Positions 58,063 to 64,000 of a DNA stretch of 64,000 nucleotides are shown piece after piece; positions within the stretch are counted from its first letter, which is position 1; every line of letters starts with the position of its first letter. This stretch comes from Pseudomonadota bacterium (lineage in GTDB: Bacteria; Myxococcota; JACRCW01; JAFGSX01), in contig JBDRCO010000037.1 in the NCBI GenBank assembly GCA_043821645.1, positions 192,001-256,000 of the forward strand. Reading direction: 5' to 3'. The notes beneath the pieces were generated by a model. The model was given only the letters and a program-made list of their open reading frames with translations, was not told where the DNA came from and searched no databases. Both the position numbers and the translations under genes were made by a program.

Positions 58063-58884
58063 ATGACGAAGAGCAGCAGGACATGGTTGGCTCTCCTGGG
58101 AGCGATGGCGATCGCTGCTCCGGGACAGGCTCGCAACACGGCAGCGTACTTCAGCCTCAACCCGGGCTATCAGTGGTACGACACGAGCGAGCTTATCATC
58201 GACAAGGATCCGGACACACCGGCGGCGGAGCTGGTGCCCACGCCAGGCTTCATGCCCGAGCTGCGCCTGGGCATCAATCTCAGTGGCTACGGCGGCGCCG
58301 AGGCCTTCATCGCTGGCCATTGGTGGGGCAGCGGCAACCAGTCCGGTGGCGGCGGGGTAGCCGGAGGCTTGTTGCGGCTGACACCCCTCGAATTCTTCCA
58401 GTATCTGTGGAAACCCATGGAGTCTCGCTTTGTCGATCTCGGCTTCAGCTTCGGAGCTGGCTACACCATCGTCGGCGAGGACTTCGGCTACCAGGGGTGG
58501 TTCCTGCAGTACGGCGTCGACCTGTCAGTGTTCATCCTGCCCTTTCTCTCCATCGGCTTCGAGCTGCCGATCCGGCAGATGCTGTACGCGCCGCTGCGCT
58601 ACACACATTTCAGCAGCAACCGTGGCCTGTGTACCCGCGGTGGCGCAGCCTACGATCGGGACGGTCGCGAGGTGCATCGCACGGCGGTACGCGAGCTCAA
58701 CCTGCCCGATGGCACCAACGTCGGTGCCCTCGAGGTGGACGCGGATGGCAAGGTCACCGGCAACTTCATCCTGACCGAGGTCGAGTCCAGTGAGGCCGGC
58801 GACATGTGCAAGGGCCCCGGCCCCGCGGCCTGGCAGTACACGCCCATGGTCAAGATCACGTTCCTGGTGGATTTCGGTATCTGA
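58063..58884 (+). CDS. Hypothetical outer-membrane beta-barrel protein
   Basis: Signal peptide, alternating aromatic strands, terminal ITFLVDFGI, and a Cys-bounded extracellular loop. Confidence 0.7.
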   Translation: MTKSSRTWLALLGAMAIAAPGQARNTAAYFSLNPGYQWYDTSELIIDKDPDTPAAELVPTPGFMPELRLGINLSGYGGAEAFIAGHWWGSGNQSGGGGVAGGLLRLTPLEFFQYLWKPMESRFVDLGFSFGAGYTIVGEDFGYQGWFLQYGVDLSVFILPFLSIGFELPIRQMLYAPLRYTHFSSNRGLCTRGGAAYDRDGREVHRTAVRELNLPDGTNVGALEVDADGKVTGNFILTEVESSEAGDMCKGPGPAAWQYTPMVKITFLVDFGI

Positions 58885-58943
58885 CGACGCGGGCCGCCCG
58901 CGGTCGGTCGAGCATCGACCCGCCGTGCGACGAGGAGGATGGC

Positions 58944-59747
58944 ATGCGACGACCGATGGCCCCGCTGTTGCTGACTCTGCTGGCGGCGAGTGCGGCGTGC
59001 ACCACCTTTGGCTTCCCGCAGTCCAATGCCCGGCCGCCCGACGAGCTCAGCGATAGAGGGCGCATGATCGCGATCCCCGCCGGGACCTTCAAGATGGGGG
59101 ACAACCTCGGAGAGCCGCACGAGTTTCCCGTGCATGACGTCGAGCTCGGGGGCTTTCGCATCGATGCCACCGAGGTCAGCAACGCACAGTATCAGCGCTG
59201 CACCGAGGCGGGGGTGTGCCGCGCCACCCGCGAGATGGAAGAACCTAGCTTCAACCCGCCCTCACATCCCGTGGTGGGGGTGACGTACAACGACGCCCGG
59301 ACCTACTGTGCGTGGCTCCGCAAGCGCCTCCCCACCGAGGCGGAGTGGGAACGTGCTGCGCGCGGTGGTGGGGATCGCCGCTATCCCTTCGACGGTGCGA
59401 TGGGACCCAACCACGGCAACGTGAGGGGCGCGGCCGATGGCTTCATCTACACCGCGCCGGTGCGTACGTTCCCCGCCGGGTGCACCTCCGAGGGTGTGTG
59501 TGATCTTGCGGGAAACGCTGCCGAGTGGGTCGCCGACTGGTTCTCACCGACCTACTACGCCGAGAGCCCGCCCGAGAATCCCAAGGGACCCGAGGCGTCA
59601 ACCCGCCTGCGCTCGGTGCGTGGTGGCTCGTGGACCGGCAACACCTACGAGGCGCGATCGACCGCCCGGGGCTCCATGGACCCTGCATTCAGCAAGAACT
59701 CGGTCGGTTTTCGCTGCGCCGCGAGTGCCGGAGACGCAGCTCCTTAA
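58944..59747 (+). CDS. Formylglycine-generating enzyme (SUMF1/FGE-sulfatase) family lipoprotein
   Basis: Motifs IPAGTFKMG, TEVSNAQY, HPVVGV, RLPTEAEWERAARG, DLAGNAAEWV, RGGSW and GFRCA. Lipobox SAAC; GAGGAGG upstream. Confidence 0.92.
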   Translation: MRRPMAPLLLTLLAASAACTTFGFPQSNARPPDELSDRGRMIAIPAGTFKMGDNLGEPHEFPVHDVELGGFRIDATEVSNAQYQRCTEAGVCRATREMEEPSFNPPSHPVVGVTYNDARTYCAWLRKRLPTEAEWERAARGGGDRRYPFDGAMGPNHGNVRGAADGFIYTAPVRTFPAGCTSEGVCDLAGNAAEWVADWFSPTYYAESPPENPKGPEASTRLRSVRGGSWTGNTYEARSTARGSMDPAFSKNSVGFRCAASAGDAAP

Positions 59748-59990
59748 TTGTCTGCAACCTGCACGAAAAAATAAACCAAGAATAAGATAATAGGGTAAAA
59801 ATGAAACAGGCGAGAGGAGAAGCTGTATATCAAGTCAAATTATCGCCAAAAATTACCAAATTTAGTCAGATAATGCCAGGATATATGAGATCGACCTGAG
59901 CGCTGCAGCGGGATGCCCATGAACAGAGACAAGGCATTGAAAAGACAAGATTCATGCATCATCCTGGCATTCATTCCGGTCGCGAATTTG
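59748..59990. promoter_or_regulatory. AT-rich intergenic regulatory region
   Basis: Sharp drop in GC (e.g. AAAAAATAAACCAAGAATAAGATAAT, CAAATTATCGCCAAAAATTACCAAATTTAG) upstream of the 60091 ORF. Confidence 0.5.
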
Positions 59991-60090
59991 ATCTTTGCAG
60001 GGGTGCGTGGCTTGTTGGGTCTGTGACCACGTGCAGCGACGATGACGACGGAGTGCGGGGTCCAGGACAGTGCGATCTCGGGAGAGCAGC

Positions 60091-60381
60091 ATGACGAAGA
60101 CCACCAAGAAGACATCCACCAAGACGGCCACCAAGCGCATGCCCAAGGGGGCGGCCAAGGTTCTCACCAGCCTCGAGGAGAATGTGGTGCGCATGCGCCA
60201 CGGCCTCAACGAACCCGGGGAGTCCGAGCTGGGCACCAAGGCTGTCACGCCCGAACTTGCAGAGATCCTTTTTGCCATCGAGGCCAGGGCCTACGAGATG
60301 ACCGGTCGGGCCGCCGCGAGCAGCAGCAAGAAGCCCTCGCCCAAGGCCAAGATCGTGTCTGCTCTCAAGACCCGCTCCTGA
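60091..60381 (+). CDS. Small basic protein with a sigma-70 region 4-like segment
   Basis: LTSLEENVVRMRHGL...IEARAY resembles sigma4 LTPRE.KVLRMRFGI...IEAKAL. GGAGAG Shine-Dalgarno. Confidence 0.7.
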   Translation: MTKTTKKTSTKTATKRMPKGAAKVLTSLEENVVRMRHGLNEPGESELGTKAVTPELAEILFAIEARAYEMTGRAAASSSKKPSPKAKIVSALKTRS

Positions 60382-60517
60382 GGTCTGGCACTTTTTCGCG
60401 CGGGTCTGCGCGCCCCGCGTGAACGCACCACGCGACTGCCATGACACAGCACCAGGACCCACGAGCCGTCCGACCTGACGCGACACCAGCCTCCCACCGT
60501 CCCGGCTGGAGCCAGAG

Positions 60518-60937
60518 GTGAACCTCGGCGGCTCCATCCTCGTGGCCGAGGACTCGCGCCTGCTCCTCGAGCTGCTGCGCGACGCCTTGCTGGCGCACGG
60601 GATAGGTCAGCACGTCGTGGCCTGCGGCACCGGCGAGGTCCTCCTGGAACGGGCCCAGGAAGCCCTGGCGGCCGGAGACACGCCGGCGCTGTACATCCTC
60701 GACATCGTCATGCCGGGTGCCAGTGGACTCGAGGTGGCGCGCTCCCTGCGCGCAGCCGAGCGCTCCCTCGGCGCCAGGACCACACCCATCCTCCTTTACT
60801 CCTCCCTGCAGCGAAGCCCCGAGATCGACGAGGTCATCGAGAGCTGCTGGCCCGTGCGCTTCTGTCACAAGCAGGATGGCGCGCGATCCGATCGCCTGGC
60901 ACTGGCCATCGTGGAGACTCTGCGCGAGCTCGCCTGA
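60518..60937 (+). CDS. Single-domain response regulator receiver
   Basis: Motifs ILVAEDS, ILDIVMPGASGLEV, PILLYSS and HK. GAG/GTG start. Confidence 0.85.
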   Translation: MNLGGSILVAEDSRLLLELLRDALLAHGIGQHVVACGTGEVLLERAQEALAAGDTPALYILDIVMPGASGLEVARSLRAAERSLGARTTPILLYSSLQRSPEIDEVIESCWPVRFCHKQDGARSDRLALAIVETLRELA

Positions 60938-61032
60938 GGGGCGTGCGGGATGCCTTTTTTGCAGGGACGCTGCTATGCTGACGGCGCGAGGCAGGGCGGG
61001 CTTCGTGCCCACCGCCATTCCAGGAGCGGGGC

Positions 61033-61605
61033 GTGACGTCGGATCATCCAGAGCAGCCCGGAGGGTCGTTGCCAGCCGAGGCCGAGAGCCCTCGTTCCAC
61101 CGAGCCTGCGCCCGCTGCTGCAGCCGCGGGTGGACCGACCCTGGGCGCGCCCCTGCCACCGGAGCCACGCACCGACCCCCACGGCTTCGAGCACCGGCCC
61201 CCGGTGACCATCGACATGCCGGCCCCGAGCTTCGAGGAGACCCGGGTCACCGAGGCGGTGGTTCACAAGCGCCGCATCAAGCGCCAGATCCAGCGCGCAC
61301 GTGCCCAGGCCTACGTGATCGTGCATCGGGCCGGGGTGGCACCAGCGCGGGTGCCCATGGAGCGCGACCACCTGGTCTTTGGTCGCGATCCCGCCGAGTG
61401 CGACATCGTCCTCGACGGCGGCGTGGTCTCGCGGAGCCATGCGCGCATCGATCGCAGCCAGGACGGCTACTACACGCTACAGGACTGCAAGTCCCGCAAC
61501 GGTACCTACGTCGAGGGCGTGCCCATCCGTCGCCGCAACCTTCTCGACGGCGATACCTTCGAGGTGGGTGAACACCTCATCGAGTTCCATCTCGGCGAGT
61601 CGTGA
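61033..61605 (+). CDS. FHA domain protein
   Basis: Motifs FGRDP..CDI, VSRSHARI, D..SRNGTYV.G and L.DGD.F.VG. AGGAG upstream of the GTG. Confidence 0.9.
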   Translation: MTSDHPEQPGGSLPAEAESPRSTEPAPAAAAAGGPTLGAPLPPEPRTDPHGFEHRPPVTIDMPAPSFEETRVTEAVVHKRRIKRQIQRARAQAYVIVHRAGVAPARVPMERDHLVFGRDPAECDIVLDGGVVSRSHARIDRSQDGYYTLQDCKSRNGTYVEGVPIRRRNLLDGDTFEVGEHLIEFHLGES

Positions 61606-61611
61606 CCCTGG

Positions 61612-62631
61612 TCACGGCGTGCGCTGGGATCGGGCACGCTCGAGCACCTGCATCACCTTGGGGCTGGTGTCCGCGGGGTCGAGTTGCAGATCTGGCCGCG
61701 CGCCGAGCGCCGCGCGCATGGCCTCCTCGGCGCGTTCTATCTCGTCCGACGCCACGTAGCACGACGCCAGCCACACTTGCGCGGCCACCCGGGGCCAGGT
61801 CGGGAGCCCGGGATCGAGCAGGGCGCGGCGAAAGTACGCCACGCAGGCCAGGAAGTCGCCACGGCGATGGAGGGCAACACCGTCGCGCAGCAGGGGGCTC
61901 TGCAGCGCCTGGGCGTACGCCTGCAGGGGATCCTGGAGCTGCGCAGGCACGACGCCTCCGTCGGTCGTGGAGCCTGTACCGGCGTCCGTGGCCTCTACCG
62001 CCGAGGACTCGGTCGCGGCGCTTCCCTCGTCGGGAGCCCCTGCCGGCGCGCGCAGAGCATTGAGACGCGTTCGCACCGCCTCCTCGTCAGACCAGGAGGC
62101 AAACACCGGCACCAGGATCTTCTCGCCTGCCTCGACGGCGTTGGTCTTGCGGTCGCCGTTGATCTTGCGCAACAAGAACCGTCCATCGGTGTTCCGGTAG
62201 TACGTCTTGGAGAGCGTCCGCAGGTTGTCGCTCTTCTGCGCCGTGTGCCAGATCAGCGCAGGCACCGTGAGCGCGGTGCCCGCCGCCACGGCCTTGTCGC
62301 CGGGGAGTCCATTGATCGCGGCCAGGAGTGGCCCGCGGGTCTTGCGCTTGAGATGGGTTCTCGCCAGCGTGCTCAATGGGCTGCTGCGGCGAACCGTCGT
62401 GCGAAAGCTCACCGGCACCCTCAGCACCGTCCCCGCGGCCACCGCCTTGCCTTCCTCGAGCCTGTTGGCCGTTGCCAGCACCGGGGCAGCGGACGCTCGC
62501 CCGTAAAGGTCACGCGCCAGCCGGCTCATGGTCGATTCCACCGGCACCGTGTAGCTCAGGGAGCGCGCCTCCGTGGGTCGCGCCAGCAGCACGATCGTCG
62601 CCGTCAGCAGGGTGGCTCGCCAGGCGCTCAT
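61612..62631 (-). CDS. Exported protein with three LysM-like repeats and a C-terminal TPR
   Basis: Signal peptide; repeats YTV..STMSRLA..LYG..LATAN, TTV..PLSTLA..LAAING and HTA..DNLRTLS..YY..ING; then a TPR and LDPADTSPKV. Confidence 0.75.
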   Translation of the reverse strand: MSAWRATLLTATIVLLARPTEARSLSYTVPVESTMSRLARDLYGRASAAPVLATANRLEEGKAVAAGTVLRVPVSFRTTVRRSSPLSTLARTHLKRKTRGPLLAAINGLPGDKAVAAGTALTVPALIWHTAQKSDNLRTLSKTYYRNTDGRFLLRKINGDRKTNAVEAGEKILVPVFASWSDEEAVRTRLNALRAPAGAPDEGSAATESSAVEATDAGTGSTTDGGVVPAQLQDPLQAYAQALQSPLLRDGVALHRRGDFLACVAYFRRALLDPGLPTWPRVAAQVWLASCYVASDEIERAEEAMRAALGARPDLQLDPADTSPKVMQVLERARSQRTP

Positions 62632-63944
62632 GGTCGCTGCTCCCGGCGCTCGGTGAGCTCGATGTTGAAGGTGATGGTGCGATCGGGCTCTATCTCCACC
62701 ACGCGACGCTCATCGCGAAAATGCTCGTTGCGCAGCTCCACCACGTGGCGGCCGGGCGCCAGGGGCAAGGCACGCATGAAGGGCGTCGTGTCGACGTAGG
62801 CGCCGTCGATGAAGACCCGTGCCCACGGCCACACGTTGACGCGCAGGTGGCCGTTGCCCGTCGCCGCCATGGCTCCGCGCCTGCCCACATCCTGGGGCCA
62901 CCACTCGATGACGCTGGCACCCAGGCTCGCCGACAGCAGACCCGCAGCACCGATCAGAGCCACGCGCCTCAGGCCAGGCCAGCGCGAGCGCGAGAAGGCC
63001 AGATCCATCTCGGTCAGGCTGGTCTCGGTGAGCACCGCGCGCGGCAGCACGGTCAATGCATCCTCCTCGGAGACCAGACCACGATGGTGCAGGAAGGCGA
63101 CGAGGCGGCTGCGCAGATTGATGCGTATCTGCCGCGACACGTAGCGCTCGAGGGCGACGCGCAGTGCCTCGGTGGAAGGGTAGCGCCGCTCGAGAGGCTT
63201 GCGCAGGCAGCGGCTCACGATGCGCTGCAGCACCAGCGGGATGTCGGGCTGGATGGTGCGGGGCGAGGGGTAGCTATCCTTGAGGATGGATTGCATGACC
63301 GTGCGCTGCTCGGTATCCCGGAACGGCTTGCGGCCGGTGAGCATCTGGTACAGCACGATGCCAAAGGAGAACATGTCCGAGCGCCAGTCCACGCGCTCAC
63401 CCATGATCTGCTCCGGAGACATGTACGAGGGCGTGCCCAGGGCGATGCCCGGCCGCGTCAGGTCTCCCAGGGCCTCGGCGCGGGCGATGCCGAAGTCCAT
63501 CAGCTTGACCTCGCCCAGCTTGCTCAGGACCACGTTGGAGGGCTTGATGTCGCGATGGACCATACCCCGGAAGTGCGCATACTCCAGGGCCCGGGCCAGC
63601 TGCAGAGCGATGGCGGCCGCCACCTCGGGTGGCAGGCGATCGACCCGCGCCAGCAGATCGTACAGGCTCACACCTTCGACGAATTCCATCACGATCGAAC
63701 GGGTGTCGCCCTCGCACACGTAGTCGTACACGTGCACGATATTCTCGTGCTGGAGCTTGGCCACGCTCAGGGCCTCGCGCTGGAAGCGCTCGATGATCTG
63801 CGCGTCGTGGGTGAACTCGGACTTGAGTTCCTTGATGGCGACCGGGCGGTCCAGCGCCTCCTGCGTGCCACGGTAAACCACGGCCATGCCGCCCTGGCCT
63901 ATCTCCTCGATGACCTGGTAGCTGCCGATGCGCCGCTCGCTCAT
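62628..63944 (-). CDS. Membrane Ser/Thr protein kinase (Hanks type) with C-terminal PEGA domain
   Basis: Motifs IGQGGMAVVY, VAIK, HRDIKPSN, DFG, GTPSYMSPE and SDMFSFG; a TM segment; PEGA PWARVFIDG..TTP..PGRHVVEL. Confidence 0.95.
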   Translation of the reverse strand: MSERRIGSYQVIEEIGQGGMAVVYRGTQEALDRPVAIKELKSEFTHDAQIIERFQREALSVAKLQHENIVHVYDYVCEGDTRSIVMEFVEGVSLYDLLARVDRLPPEVAAAIALQLARALEYAHFRGMVHRDIKPSNVVLSKLGEVKLMDFGIARAEALGDLTRPGIALGTPSYMSPEQIMGERVDWRSDMFSFGIVLYQMLTGRKPFRDTEQRTVMQSILKDSYPSPRTIQPDIPLVLQRIVSRCLRKPLERRYPSTEALRVALERYVSRQIRINLRSRLVAFLHHRGLVSEEDALTVLPRAVLTETSLTEMDLAFSRSRWPGLRRVALIGAAGLLSASLGASVIEWWPQDVGRRGAMAATGNGHLRVNVWPWARVFIDGAYVDTTPFMRALPLAPGRHVVELRNEHFRDERRVVEIEPDRTITFNIELTERREQRP

Positions 63945-64000
63945 GCTGTGCTCTTCCGGGATCGCACGCGGGTATCTTAGCTCAAGTGCGCGCCGCGCAA

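Noticed and set aside
59748-59990. Replication origin or mobile-element scar
   Set aside because: No DnaA boxes, inverted terminal repeats, target duplications or nearby integrase/transposase were seen.

Overview
High-GC (by eye about 65-70%) bacterial chromosomal window, most likely from Myxococcota. No rRNA, tRNA, CRISPR array, integrase or transposase was recognised. Contents in order: the 3' part of a large Ig-like repeat protein; a translationally coupled carbamoyltransferase plus RaSEA-like radical SAM pair; yajC-secD-secF; a DUF192/membrane protein/VWA operon; and a GNAT gene. Then comes a ~24.5 kb contiguous gliding-transducer (Glt) locus: divergent gltK/cglC, one gltA/B-type barrel, gltC, gltD, gltE, gltF, gltG, gltH and a 4116-aa gltI/agmK. 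It is followed by a 21-repeat RCC1 lipoprotein, an SH3/PEGA protein, histidine utilisation genes (FTCD, hutI) and a B12-type radical SAM enzyme. Next is a hidden 74-aa glutaredoxin-like selenoprotein with two in-frame UGA codons, each followed by a SECIS-like hairpin, which the ORF track misses. The rest holds a D-cysteine desulfhydrase-like enzyme, a degenerate Fic protein, several envelope proteins, a stand-alone sigma-region-4-like protein and a receiver/FHA/LysM/Ser-Thr kinase cluster. The best leads are the radical SAM-selenoprotein unit, the carbamoyltransferase-RaSEA pair, the unsplit Nfs-like Glt locus and its long structured leader. All family assignments come from motif recognition by eye; no searches were run.
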